Of a stretch of 64,000 nucleotides of DNA, positions 40,083 to 53,966 are shown one piece after another. Position numbers and translations under genes: made by a program. The stretch comes from Octopus sinensis (lineage: Eukaryota), in the NCBI RefSeq assembly GCF_006345805.1, contig NC_043002.1, forward strand, positions 4,402,001 through 4,466,000, in the 5' to 3' direction. The notes beneath the pieces were generated by a model that had not been told where the DNA came from, did no database searches, and worked only from the letters and a program-made list of their open reading frames with translations. The stretch's first letter is position 1, and each line of letters starts with the position of its first letter.

Positions 40083-43000
40083 TATGTATGCATGTATGTA
40101 TGTATGTATGTATGTATGTGTGTATGTATGTATGTATGTATGTATGTATGTTGTATGTATGTATGTGTGTATGTATGTATGTATGTATGTGTGTATGTAT
40201 GTATGTATGTATGTATGTGTGTATGTATGTATGTATGTGTGTATGTATGTATGTATGTGTGTATGTATGTATGTATGTATGTATGTATGTATGTATGTAT
40301 GCATGTATGTATGTGTCTATGTATGTATGTATGTATGTGTGTATGTATGTATGTGTGTATGTATGTATGTATGTATGTATGTATGTATGTATGTGTGTAT
40401 GTATGTATGTATGTATGTGTGTATGTATGTATGTATGTATGTATGTGTGTATGTATGTGTGTATGTATGTATGTATGTGTGTATTGTATGTATGTGGTAT
40501 GTATGTATGTTTATGGGTATGTATGTATGTATGTATGTGGTATGTATGTATGTGTGTATGTATGTATGTATGTGTGTATGTATGTATGTGTGTAGTGTAT
40601 GTATGTATGTATGTATGTATGTATGTGTGTATGTATGTATGTATGTATGTGTGTATGTATGTATGTATGTATGTATGGTGTATGTATGTGTGTATGTATG
40701 TATGTATGTGTGTATGTATGTATGTGTGTATGTATGTATGATGTGGGTATGTATGTATGTATGTATGTGTGTATGTATGTATGTGTGTATGTATGTATGT
40801 GTGTGTTATGTATGTATGTGTGTGTATGTAGTGTATGTATGTTGTATGTATGTGTGTATGTATGTATGTATGTGTGTATGTATGTAGGTGTATGTATTAT
40901 GTATGTATGTGTGTATGTGTATGTATGAATGCATGTATGTCTGTATGAATGTATGTATGTATGTATGTATGTGTGTATGTATGTGTGTATGTATGTATGT
41001 ATGTGTATGTATTAGTATGTTGTATGTGTGTATGTATGTATGTGGTATGTATGTATGTATGTATGTATGTATGTATGTATGTATGGATGTATGTGTGATG
41101 TATGTATGTATGTATGATGATGTATGTATGTATGTATGTGTGTGTGTATGTATGTATCTATGTTGTATGTATGTGTGTGTATGTATGTATGTATGGGTAT
41201 GTGTGTATGTATGTATGTATGTATGTATGTATGTATGTATGTATGTATGTATGTATGTATGTGTGTGTATGTATGTATGTATGTATTGTGGTATGTATGT
41301 TGTATGTATGTATGTATGTATGTAGTATGTGTATGTATGTATGTATGTATGTTTGTTGTATGTATGTATGTATGTATGTATGTTGTATGTGTGTATGTAT
41401 GTATGTGATGTATGTATGTATGTATGTATGTATGTATGTATGTGTGTATGTATGTATGTATGTATGTATGTATGTATGTATGTATGTATTGTGTATGTTG
41501 TATGTATGTATGTATGTATGTATGTATGTATATATGTATGTATGTATATGTATGTATGTATGTTGTATGTATGTATGTGTATGTATGTATTGTAGTGTGT
41601 GTATGTATGTCTGTATGTATGTATGTAGATGTATGTTGTGTGTATGTATGTATGATAGTAGTATGTATGTATGTGTGTATGTAGTATGTATTATGTATGT
41701 GTGTATGTATGTATGTATGTATGTATGTATGTATGTATGGTGTTATGTATGTATGTATGTATGTATGTGTGTATGTATGTATGTGTGTATGTATGTGTGT
41801 ATGTATGTGTATGTATGTATGTAGTGTGTATGTATGTATGTATGTATGTATTGTGATGTATGTATGTATGTATGTATGTGTGTATGTATGTATGTATGTA
41901 TGTATGTATGTATGTGTGTATGTATGTATGTATGTATGTATGTTGTGTATGTATGTATGTTGTATGTTGTATGTATGTATGTTGTATGCATGTGTATGTA
42001 TGTGTGTATGTATGTATGTAGTATGTATGTTGTATGTATGTATGTATGTATGTATGTATGTATGTGTGTATGTATGTATGTATGTATGTATGTGTGTAGT
42101 ATGTATGTATGTATGTATGTGTGTATGTATGTATGTGTGTATGTATTATGTATGTATGTATGTGTGTATGTATGTATGTGTGTATGTATGTGTGTATGTA
42201 TGTATGATGTATGTATGTATGTATGTGTGTATGTATGTATGTATGTATGTATGTGTGTTGTATGTATGTATGGTGTGTGTATGTATGTATGTATGTATGA
42301 TGTATGTATGTATGTATGTGTGTATGTATGTATGTATGTATGTATGTTGTAGTATGTATGTAGTTGTATGTATGTATGGAGCATGTATGTATGTATGTAT
42401 GTATGTGGTGTATGTATGTATGTATGTATGTATGTATGTATGTATGTATGTATGTATGTCTTTTGTATGTTTATGTATGTATGTATGTATGTATGTATGT
42501 ATGTGATGTATGTATGATGTATGTATGTATGTATGTATGTTTGTATGTATGTATGTATGTATGTATGTATGTATGTATGTATGTATGTATGTATGTAGTA
42601 TGTATGTATGTATGTATGTATGTCTTATGTATGTAGTATGTATGTATGTATGTATGTAGATGTATGTATGTATGTATGTATGTATGTATGTATGTATGTG
42701 TGTATTATGTTGTATGTATGTATGTGTAGTATGTATGTTGTGTATGTATGTATGTGTATGTATGTATGTATGTATGTATGTATGTATGTATGTATGTATG
42801 TATGTGTGTATATGTATGTGTGTTTATGTGTGTATGTATGTATGTATGTATGTATGTATGTATGTATGTCTGTATGTATGTATGTATGTGTATGTATGTA
42901 TGTATGTATGTATGTATGTATGTATGTATGTTGATGTAGTATGTATGTATGTATGTATGTATGTATGTATGTGTGTATGTATGTCTGTATGTATGTATGT

Positions 43001-43545
43001 ATGTATGTATGTATTATGTATGTATGTATGTATGTATGTATGTATGTATGTGTATGTATGTATGTATGTATGTATGTATGTATGTCTGTGTGTATGTATG
43101 TATGTTGTATGTATGTATGTATGTATGTATGTATGTATGTATGTATGTATGTATGTATGTATGGTATGTATGTATGTATGTATGTATGTATGTATGTCTG
43201 TATGTTGTATGATGTGTGTATGTATGTATGTATGTGTGTGTATGTATGTATGCTGTATGTATGTATGTGGTATGTAGTATGTATGTATGTATGATGTATG
43301 TGTAGTATGTATGTATGTATGTCTGTATGTATGTATGTATGTATGGTGTGTATGTATGTATGTATGTGTGATGTATGTATGTGGTAGTATGTTGTATGTG
43401 GTATGTATGTATGTATGTATGTATGTATGTATGTATGTATGTATGTATGTATTGTATGTATGTATGTATGTAGTATGTATGTATGATGTATGTATGTATG
43501 TATGTATGTATGTATGTATGTAGTATGTGTATGTATGTGTGTGTG

Positions 43546-43577
<32 letters not shown>

Positions 43578-44551
43578 TGTATTGTATGTATGTATGTATG
43601 TATGGATGTATGTATGTATGTATGTATGTATGTATGTATGTATGTGTGTATGTATGTATGTATGTATGTATGTATGTATGTATGTGGTGTGTATGTTGTA
43701 TGTATGTATGTATGTATGTATGTATGTATGTATGTATGTATGTATGTATGTATGTATGTATGTGTGTATGTATGTATGTGATGTTGTATGTGTGATGTAT
43801 GTATGTAGTATGTATGTATGTATGTATGTATGTGTATGTATTGTATGTATGTAGTATGTATGTATGTATGTATGTATGTATGTATGTATGTATGTATGTG
43901 TGTATGTATGGATGTATTATGTATGTATGTATGTATGTATTGTATGTATGTATGTATGTATGTATGTATGTGTGTGTGTATGTATGTATGTATGTGTATG
44001 TATGTATGTATGTATGTATGTATGTATGTATGGTGTATTATGTATGTATGTATGTATGTAGTAGTATGTATGTATGTATGTATGTATGTATGTATGTAGT
44101 ATGTATGTATGTATGTGTGTATGTATGTATGCATGTATGTGTGTATGTGTGTATGTATGTATGTATGTATGTATGTGTGTATGTATGTATGCATGTATGT
44201 ATGTATGTATGTGTGTATGTATGTATGTATGTATGTATGTATGTATGCATGTATGTATGTATGTATGTATGTATGTATGTATGTATGTATGTATGTATGT
44301 ATGTATGTATGTATGTATGTGTGTATGTATGTATGCATGTATGTGTGTATGTGTGTATGTATGTATGTATGTATGTATGTATGTATGTATGTATGTGTGT
44401 GTGTATGTATGTATGTATGTATGTATGTATGTATGTATGTATGTATGTATGTATGTATGTGTGTATGTATGTATGTATGTATGTATGTATGTATGTATGT
44501 ATGTATGTGTGTATGTATGTATGTGTGTATGTATGTATGCATGTATGTGTG
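40083..44551. repeat. ~4.5-kb (TATG)n microsatellite
   Basis: tatg/tgtg tetramers throughout, with many 1-2-bp deletions in the central part. Confidence 0.97.
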
Positions 44552-45107
44552 TAGTGTCAGGTCACTTTCGAGTGCTACTGATAACATAAAACCAGTACAA
44601 CCTGTTGCATGGTCGGGTCGTCGGCGACTAAACCAGCAAACCCACCAAGCTTGCTTGGTGAGGAGAGTGTTTATTGGACACCTGCGGGATGAAAAACAAG
44701 ACCCGTCAAAGGGCGGAGGAACTTTGAGAGTGAACGGCCATCCAATAAATGTCTTAAGGATGTATCATGCGCGGGGACATAGAAATAATCGGACTGAATA
44801 CCCGATCGCGCGGTTAAGCCATTGTGAGTGAAGGACTCCTAGCCCTTGTTAGGGCATCCTTCTAGGAGAAGGTAACTCAGGTAACTGGGATAACTCCAAC
44901 ATAAAACCTGCGGCTCAGTGGTTACCGATGGTGTTGACTTGTTCTTCTTTTCGGATTATGGCTGCTGTTGCTTAGTGAGTGGGATTGACTCAGTGCATAG
45001 CCTTTCCTCACTTTATAAAAAATATCTTCTTGCACAGGTATTGCACGATAACAACATTGATTAAGCTTCGTGCAATGACCATACTCGATAACGAGGGGGC
45101 AGCCACC
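44552..45107 (+). mobile_element. Non-coding RTE-related element (~550 bp) embedded in (TATG)n
   Basis: tagggcatccttctaggagaaggtaactc (~44850-44878) resembles the conserved RTE 5'-UTR motif GGGCAACCAGTCTAGGAGAAGGAAAACTC (recalled). The element ends directly in (ATGT)n and has no ORF. Confidence 0.6.
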
Positions 45108-45122
45108 ATGTATGTATGTATG

Positions 45123-45154
<32 letters not shown>

Positions 45155-45442
45155 TGTATGTATGTATGTGTGTATGTATGTACTTGTTTGAATGTATATA
45201 TATATATATATATATATAAATGTAAGTATACGTGTGTGTGTATATATCTATATATGTATAGGGATGTATGTGACTACAAAATGACTGTATAGTGTTCATT
45301 CCTTCTGAGACTTGGCGGATGTAATAAGAGGCAGTGTGAAATATGAATCATTGACGGTCGGTGAGATAAGTAGTGAAGCTAAGAGTTGAAGGTATATGTA
45401 AACACACTATTACTTTCGCATCACTATAATATTTTTCTTTCT

Positions 45443-45825
45443 GGAAGCACTCCGTCGGTTACGACGACGAGGGTTCCGGTTGATCCGATCAACGGAACAG
45501 CCTGCTCGTGAAATTAACGTGTAAGTGGTTGAGCACTCCACAGACACGTGTACCCTTAACGTAGTTCTCGGGGATATTCAGCGTGACACAGAGAGTGACG
45601 AGGCCGGCCCCTTGAAATACAGGTACAACAGAAACAGGAAGTAAGAGTGAGGGAAAGTTGTGGTGAAAGAGTACAGCAGGGATCACCACCATCCCCTGCC
45701 GGAGCCTCGTGGAGCTTTAGGTGTTTTCACTCAATAAACACTCACAACGCCCGGTCTGGGAATCGAAACCGCGATCCTACGACCGCAAGTCCGCTGCTCT
45801 AACCACTGGGCCATTGCGCCTCCAC
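45443..45825 (-). mobile_element. Full-length tRNA(Arg)-like SINE type E with 11-bp TSD
   Basis: Sense gtggaggcgcaatggcccagtggttagagcagcggacttgcgg...ggtttcgattccc. TSD tttttctttct at 45432-45442 and 45826-45836. Confidence 0.9.
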
Positions 45826-45844
45826 TTTTTCTTTCTACAGACAC

Positions 45845-46245
45845 AGGCGCGTGACAGTGTGTAAGAAATTTGCTTCCTAACCACATGGTTTCGGGTTAAG
45901 TCCCACCGCGTGGCAACTTTGTTTGGCAAGTATCTTCTAATATATTCTCGGATCGATCAAAGCCTTGTGAGATATGGTAGACGGAAACTGAAAGAAGCCT
46001 GTCGTGTATATGCGTGTGTGTGTGTATGTGTGTGTGTGTGTTTGGCCTCTACCACATCACTTGACTACTGGTCTTGGTCTGTTTACGTACCCGTAACTTA
46101 GCAGTTCGTCAGAATAGAGAACGATTAAATAAGCACCACGCTTGAAATAAAAAAAAAGAAGCAATAGGGTTGATTTGCTCGACGAAAGTTTATTTAAGGC
46201 AGCAATCCAGCATGGCTGCCATCTAATGATCGAGAGAAATAAAGA
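45845..46245 (+). mobile_element. Old SINE family A copy
   Basis: Diverged head, ggtagacggaaactgaaagaagcctgtcg and tail. Confidence 0.8.
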
Positions 46246-46289
46246 TGAATCTTGGCTCAAGGCAAGCGAAGTGTGTGAGGAGGAAGAAG

Positions 46290-46610
46290 ACGATTTCATC
46301 GACTCTCTTGTGCTCAGCTGGTATTTATTCTATCTCCTCCGAAAGGGTAAAGAGCAAAGTTGGCCTCAGTGCATTTGAGCTCAAAACTCAGCCGAATGAA
46401 ATGCCGCTAAAGTGTTTTATTTTCGTTCAAAATGCTTAGCAGCGTTAAGTTTCTTTTTTGCGTATTGAGTTCAAATCCACCAAGGTGCACTTTGTTTTTC
46501 ATCCTTTTGGGGTCGATAAAATAAGTACCAGTGGAGCACTGGAATCGATGTAGTCGGCTTAGCCTCTTACCGGAAACCGCTGGCCTTGTGCCAAAATTTG
46601 AAACGAATAT
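46290..46610. mobile_element. Two decayed SINE family B-related copies in opposite orientation
   Basis: Minus-strand core remnant at ~46300-46410 and plus-strand gagttcaaatcc...tttcatccttttggggtcgataaaataagtacc at ~46465-46530. Confidence 0.65.
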
Positions 46611-46867
46611 TAATGTTTCTGAGATTTACAAACTAGACGAAACAGGGCTGCATTTTTGTGCACTGTCCAAGCATTGGTTATTTTGGTTAAATACATAAAA
46701 ATCAAAAGGTTTTGAATATTCAAAAGTACAAAAAAACAACAAAAGATCGAGTAGCAGCTCTTCGTTGCACCAATGTGAAAGGATAGAAACTGGAGTTTTA
46801 TTGATTGGAGATAGTAAGAATCCTCGGTGTTAAATGTTTATATGTTCATTAACTGTTTTATTGCAAA

Positions 46868-47263
46868 CTAGCAGTATCGCCCGGTGTTGCTCGGGTTTGT
46901 AAGGGAAATAACTATATAAGCATTTTTAGAGAGTTATAGCCAAAAAATAGCAAAAAAATGCATTAAAAATGTAAAAAAATTATGGTAATTTTTTTTAAAA
47001 TCGTTGACTCATCGTAGACATTTTTAGAGTGTTACTTCCCTTATATAATAGCGAAAAAAATGCATTAAAATGGAAAAAAATGATGGTAATTTTTTTTAAA
47101 ATCGTAGACTCATCGTAGACGCGCGCTAATACCCAGAAGGGCTCGATATGAATCACGACTATAAGATACCCGGTTTTGGTTAAACTGCACCGCAAAATGT
47201 GGGAGTAGTTAGGAATCTAAATCGAAGGGGACAGACACACAACTTGACTTTTATATATAAAGA
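46868..47263 (-). mobile_element. Non-autonomous Helitron, complete, with internal ~120-bp tandem duplication
   Basis: Same TC...hairpin-CTAG ends as 25368-25734. The block aaaaaatgcattaaaa...gactcatcgtagac is present twice. Confidence 0.88.
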
Positions 47264-47626
47264 TGTGTGGCTGATTACAGTTCTTTTAGAACAACTGGTT
47301 ACTTAAGAAGAATTAATACGGCAAATTGTGTTATTCTCGATAACTGTATGTTACTAAAAAAAAAAAAATTATCAAAGTAATTTTCATATCTGTCATGTGC
47401 ATAGGAGATAAGGGTTCGATTCCAACGGTCAGTAACCAACTTTATTCCTATCCAGGGGAATTTTAAACACAATATTCTACATACTGTTATTTATAGCTTT
47501 ATTTGATTCGAGCTCCACTGTCAACACGATTAATTTCCAATCTCTCAAAGTTTCTAAAAATGAAAAAAAAAGCAAAATAATTTCTAGCTGGAAAAAATAA
47601 AACTTCCAGAACGGATAACGAAAATT

Positions 47627-47715
47627 CGATGGGTTCTTTCGGTGTAATAGCAGCATGCCAGCACGTTTATAGAAATTGTGGGTTCGAATTCCCCAGAGAT
47701 CCATCAGTTTTTTTT
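47627..47715 (+). pseudogene. tRNA-like sequence with B box and oligo-T
   Basis: gatgggttct...cggtgtaatag (A-box-like)...ggttcgaattccc (B box)...agagatccatc closes a terminal stem, followed by T8. Confidence 0.45.
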
Positions 47716-47794
47716 CTATCGAAAGGTTTTTATAACCCAATTTTCTGCTTGTTATTATTTAAAGCTTTTGACTTCGATTTCTAGCGTTGAAACG

Positions 47795-47864
<70 letters not shown>

Positions 47865-48444
47865 TATGTAGACATAAGCAACATGTATTTGTTTGAGTAT
47901 ACCAATACAAACACGCATATACATACATATATACAGACACACAAACACATGCACACAGACAAACACGTACACATGTATACACACATATATATATCTATAT
48001 AAAAACACGCATATCTATATACCGAGGGAGAGAAAGATGGAAAGAAGGAGAACGAGAGGAACATACGTACATACATGTGAGTAAGGTACGTGTGTGTACA
48101 TGTGTAGAGTGTATATATTTCTGATGTATTTTTATACTCCCGCTCTAAAATGTACCTATACGTTGGAATAGCACTGCATATGTATGTCTGCGTGTATATA
48201 TATATATATATATATATACATGTGCGTGTGTGTGTGTGTGCGTGTGTGCGTGTGTGTGTATCTATGTATGTACACATACATACATACACACACATATATA
48301 TATATATACACACATACATATATATATTGTATAGGTGGATTATATATACATATGTAAAAATGTGTTTGTGGAGGGGCGTGCATGTGAGTATTTATGTGTG
48401 TATATGCATGTGTGTGTATGTGTGTGTGTGTTGTGTGTGTGTGT

Positions 48445-48479
<35 letters not shown>

Positions 48480-48958
48480 GTGAAAGCAATAATTGGATTT
48501 GCTGAGCTTTCGGGAATGTTTTACTTTTTCTTTGAAAGAATTGGATTGATGTAAGGTTGGGAAAAACCGTCTTAACTTTCTAACCCTCAGCTTTATAATA
48601 ATCACAATACAAAACCATAAATTTCACCATTCCTGAGAGTCTAGTTGATGCCGCCACAAACTCTTTGATGTGTTCTGTTGCTCTTTGATATCTGTATCAT
48701 AAGTCTGTATGTGTGTACGTATGGAAGTATACATATATATATAGACCTGTGCGCGCGCGTGTGTGCGTGAGTGTGTGTCTATACTTGCATACGTACATAC
48801 ACAGTCATATAATACATATATATATGTGTGTGCATGTGTGTGTGTATGTGTGTGTCTTTGTGTGTGTGTGTTTACATGTGTGTCTATGTATATATGCATG
48901 TATATATATGTATATATCTGTGTGTGTATGAGTGTGTGTATAAGTGTCTGTACATATA

Positions 48959-49030
<72 letters not shown>

Positions 49031-50117
49031 TGTGCGAATCTATACGTATAAAGCTATGAATGAATGTATGAATGTGTGGGACCCATTTGATCTGTTAATT
49101 CTCGTTAAATTATAAGCAGTGTTTGTATTGCAACTTACCTCATTAGTATGCTTTCATAATTGCATATTCTCTGTGTAAAAGATGCTAAAACCCCCAGTTT
49201 TCTCCCGTCTAATCTAGGGCAACACAGAAAAGTTGACCCTCGGCCAACCGGATAAGCAGCTAAACAACGTGTCTCTGCGAAATCTCTCTCAAATCCCAAC
49301 CACAACTTCAAGAATTATCGACAGTGGATATTGAACGTAGTTCTAGATACAGTATTTGGACTGTATCTAGTTCGATATTCCAATTGTTTGATCAGCTGAT
49401 CCACCGGGTCATTGAATTATTGTGTAAGTGGTTGAGCATTCCGCAGACATGTGTACACTTGATGTGATCCTCAGGCACAATTAGCATGATACAGTATGTG
49501 ATGAAACGCTGCTTTTGATTTGTTGGTGCAATCCATCGGATGGACTTGTACAAAATTTCCTTGATGCTCTATTTCCCTTACAGGGCTTGAATCACCCGTA
49601 GTAAATTAAAAGGGGCTTGCCCAAGATGCCAAGCACTGCTATCGAACCTTTGTGATTGCGCAGTAAACTTCTTAACCATTTAGCCATGCCTGCGTCGACA
49701 CAAAGTTATATCCGTTAAATATCAATACTTAAGTAAGATTTTGTGCGTATGTATGCCTGTCTTTTTGTCTCTTTTCTTTTGGATGTAACAATCGCCTGCT
49801 TCGTTGTCCCCATGATGCTGCATATCTGAGCGTTACTATTTTCCTGTTTTCTGCTCCCTATTGAAGGCGGCCATTTTGTGTCTTTCCCATTCGTTTCTCT
49901 CTCGTGCTGCCATCGCTAACAATTTCTCCTTCCCTTTTATATTTTCTCTTTTTCAAATAAGTCAATTTGTTTCAGTCTGTCTCCCCGCCCCCGCCATCTC
50001 TTTCACATTGTTATACTATAATTTTCCTTCACTATTTTCCTTCGCCAATCTTGTACTACCAAAAAGTCTTTCATATGTCTGCTCCGCTTAATATTTCTTA
50101 ATATTTCTCTCACACAT

Positions 50118-50282
50118 ACGACGGGCTTCTTTCAGTTTCCGTCTACCAAATCCACTCACAATGCTTTGGTCGGCCCGATGCCATAGTAGAAAATACTTGC
50201 CCAAGGTGCCACGCAGTGGGAACTGAACCTAGAGCCAATTGGTTGGTAAGCAAGCTACTTACCACACCCCCACTCCTGCACC

Positions 50283-50283
<1 letters not shown>
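50118..50283 (-). mobile_element. 5' half of SINE family A
   Basis: acgacgggcttctttcagtttccgtctacc ... ccactcctgcacct. Confidence 0.88.
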
Positions 50284-50317
<34 letters not shown>

Positions 50318-50399
50318 TATACTATATATATATATTATATATATATATGTACACACACATATATATATAATATATATATTAACACAACACACATATTAT

Positions 50400-50434
<35 letters not shown>

Positions 50435-50468
50435 ATATACATATACTATATATATATATATATATATA

Positions 50469-50511
<43 letters not shown>

Positions 50512-50534
50512 TATATAATATATATATGTATATA

Positions 50535-50839
50535 CTTTTCTCGCTGGATTGCGTGCTCATTTCTCTTTTGCAATCAGGGATTCTATTTTTGATCTATAAA
50601 AATGAAGATCTTTCCTCCGTCTGGCTGTTTTTCTTTCTACAAAACAAGAAGTTACATTGCAGAACTGTTATTTTAACGATTTGCATCTATTTATCACCCG
50701 ACGGGATACATCTACACCGCCAGATGCTCCTAAACCAGTTGTTGAGTGTCCCACTCATGAAGGATCGATGCTAGATGTGTCGAAACAATTTTCGTGATTT
50801 ATAAATCATTGTATATTCCATCTTCCGTCATTCAATTTG

Positions 50840-50845
<6 letters not shown>
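50535..50845 (+). mobile_element. Penelope-like pseudo-LTR remnant with degenerate hammerhead motif
   Basis: CA-CTCATGA-AGG...C-GAAAC-AATT-TTC-GTG at 50752-50796, between (TA)n tracts. Confidence 0.45.
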
Positions 50846-50876
<31 letters not shown>

Positions 50877-51394
50877 TACAGTCTTTTACGATAATATGGT
50901 GAATCAGGTCAGTTCAAACCAAATATATCTCCCTCATTGTACATTTATATACCACCAAATTGTAACCATTTTGAACTTGTAATTTTCTGTGTATATATAC
51001 ACAGATACAATACCAATATTCCTCTGAACTTTTTAATAATTCTTTCTGTAAACTGTTTTTAATATTCTTTTATTATTATCAAAGAATGTATATATGTATT
51101 GTAATCTTTTGTACCCAATATTTTAATGAACTTCTCAAAATTTTATTTTTTACTTTTATATTTTCCCAAGATTTTCCCTTGTAAACTGTTTTTAACATGT
51201 TCTTATTATTATCAAAGAATGTATATATGTATTGTAATATTTTGTGACAACCAGGACTTAACACATGTTACTTTTGACAATCTTTTTCTAGAAAAGTGAA
51301 ACCGATCAGTAAATAAACATCTTTTAAAATTGCATTTTCAAACCTTCTTTCATATATAATTCCACTCGTGCGGTACCTTACAACTTCACTTTGT

Positions 51395-51427
<33 letters not shown>

Positions 51428-51802
51428 TGGAAAAATTTGTACTGGCGGTCAGTTTGTATGATTAAACCTTTCAAGGCTGTACCCCAGCGTGGCTGGAGTT
51501 CAATGACAGATGCAAGTAAAAAAATTAGACATAAAAGAAATTCCATAATGTATCACGAAATTAATTCTCTCGACGTCTTGGTTCTGCAGAAGTAGTTACA
51601 TGACAAGGCCTCGTTTTCAAATGTAGAGCATGCGTAACTTATATATAGTCACACTCACGCGTTTTATATTTTTCACTGAAACGAAAAGACGATGAAAAAG
51701 TGAATTTGGTTTATCACAAAGTGCAATTTTATATTATACTCGGAAATATAGTTTGAGTTCAAAAGGTTCAGTCAATAAGCAACTGGAAGAGAGAAGTTCG
51801 TT

Positions 51803-52150
51803 ACATACATACATACATACATGCATACTTTCGTACATACATACATACACACATACATACATACACACATACATACATTCATACATACATACATTCATAC
51901 ATACATGCATACATTCATACATACATACATACATACATACATACATACATACATACATTCATACATACATACATACATACATACATACATACATACATAC
52001 ATACATACACACATACATACATTCATACATACATTCATACATACATGCATACATTCATACATACATACATACATACATACATACATACATTCATACATAC
52101 ATTCATACATACATACATACATACATACATACACACACACATAGATACAT
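51803..52150. repeat. (CATA/CATT)n microsatellite
   Basis: Tetramer run. Confidence 0.95.
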
Positions 52151-52419
52151 ACATAGGATAACAAAACTGAACACACGTACAGACGATGTTGACTATATTG
52201 AGACCGATATATAAAAAATTAAAGATGGAACTTAAAAATTAAAACAGGCGCCAAATTAAAACCCAATTGGTCAGATATTGTTGTGTAGGACCAAAAAGAA
52301 AGGGATACGTTTGGCTGTGGACCTCAGCTGCTCTCTGGACAACAGAATACAACAGAATGAGGAAATCTACTGACTATTATAAGGAGTTTTGCAAATCCAG
52401 TACCTCAGGTACTATACTA

Positions 52420-52626
52420 TACTATTTTACTATTTTACTTGTTTCAGTCATTTGACTGCGGCCATGCTGGAGCACCGCCTTTAGTCGAGCAAATCGACCC
52501 GGGACTTATTCTTTGTAAGCCCAGTACTTATCCTATCGGTCTCTTTTGCCGAACCGCTAAGTGACGGGGACGTAAACACACCAGCATCGGTGGTCAAGCA
52601 ATGCTAGGGGGAGAAACACAGACACA

Positions 52627-52692
<66 letters not shown>

Positions 52693-52821
52693 CGACAGGC
52701 TTCTTTCAGTTTCCGTCTACCAAATCCACTCACAAGGCATTGGTCGGCCCGGGGTTATAGCAGAAGACACTTGCCCAAGATGCCACGCAGTGGGTCTGAA
52801 CCCGGAACCACTCCTGCGCCT
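52420..52821 (-). mobile_element. Young SINE family A copy with a deletion in the head
   Basis: Near-identical to 4012-4430. The head is shortened at cccggaacca|ctcctgcgcc. Confidence 0.92.
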
Positions 52822-53293
52822 ACACTTAGTTTCATACCTATTATTATTGTAAAAACAGTACCAACTTGGGGCCCTTGAGAGAGAATGAAATCCTAAATTC
52901 CTACACTACAAATGATCCGGATATCTGGCGCTATAAATATTTGAAAGACCTTCATAAGATTAAAAAATGATGAGCAAGCAAAGTGCTTTCCTTCGCATCC
53001 TTACTAACGAACAGGTGGTCGTTCAAAATTCATCTTGAATTAAAAAGAGAAAAAGAATAAAAAAATATATACGTACAATGTATTCTTTTATGCTTGTAAC
53101 TTGTTCCAGCCATTTGGCAGCCACCATACTGGAGCAACGCCTTGAAGGTTTTAGGCGAACGAACCGACCTCATTACATTTTTTTTATTAATATTTGATAC
53201 CTGTCTCGTTTATTTATTGCCGAAGCTCAAAATCATAGCGAGGTAAACCGTGCAATACCCGATGCCACTAAGTGGGAAGGGGATAAGCACAAA

Positions 53294-53329
<36 letters not shown>

Positions 53330-53500
53330 TTGCTAAATTCATCCGCCAAAGTGTCTACCTGTCTTACCTATCTTCTTAGCTGCATATCCGTCTATAACTG
53401 TCTGTCATTTTCTCGCTGTCTGTCTATCTGCCTTTGTCTCCCGCCCTTCTCCCCCTCTCTTTATACAACAATATATATATAGATGTACATTTATATATAT

Positions 53501-53577
<77 letters not shown>

Positions 53578-53617
53578 ATATATATATGTATATATATAAT
53601 ATGTATATATATCTATA

Positions 53618-53716
<99 letters not shown>

Positions 53717-53921
53717 CATATACATATACAGGTATAGGGTGAAAAGTTATTATTTAATAAAATCAACAAATTTCACCTTGTAGTATTTCGGTATGGAAAA
53801 AATATACATGTTATAATTATATACATACATACATACATACATACATACATACATGTATATATATATATTTATATATATATTATATATATATATATATCTA
53901 TATATATATTATATATATATA

Positions 53922-53966
<45 letters not shown>

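Noticed and set aside
40080-44831. MYVC/HTYI ORFs and an apparent pattern in the interrupted (TATG)n
   Set aside because: These are translations of a tetramer repeat. The central indels look like uncorrected long-read error, since the ends are much cleaner.
51045-51245. ~67-bp direct repeat with ~134-bp spacing
   Set aside because: Real, but a small AT-rich local duplication with no further structure.
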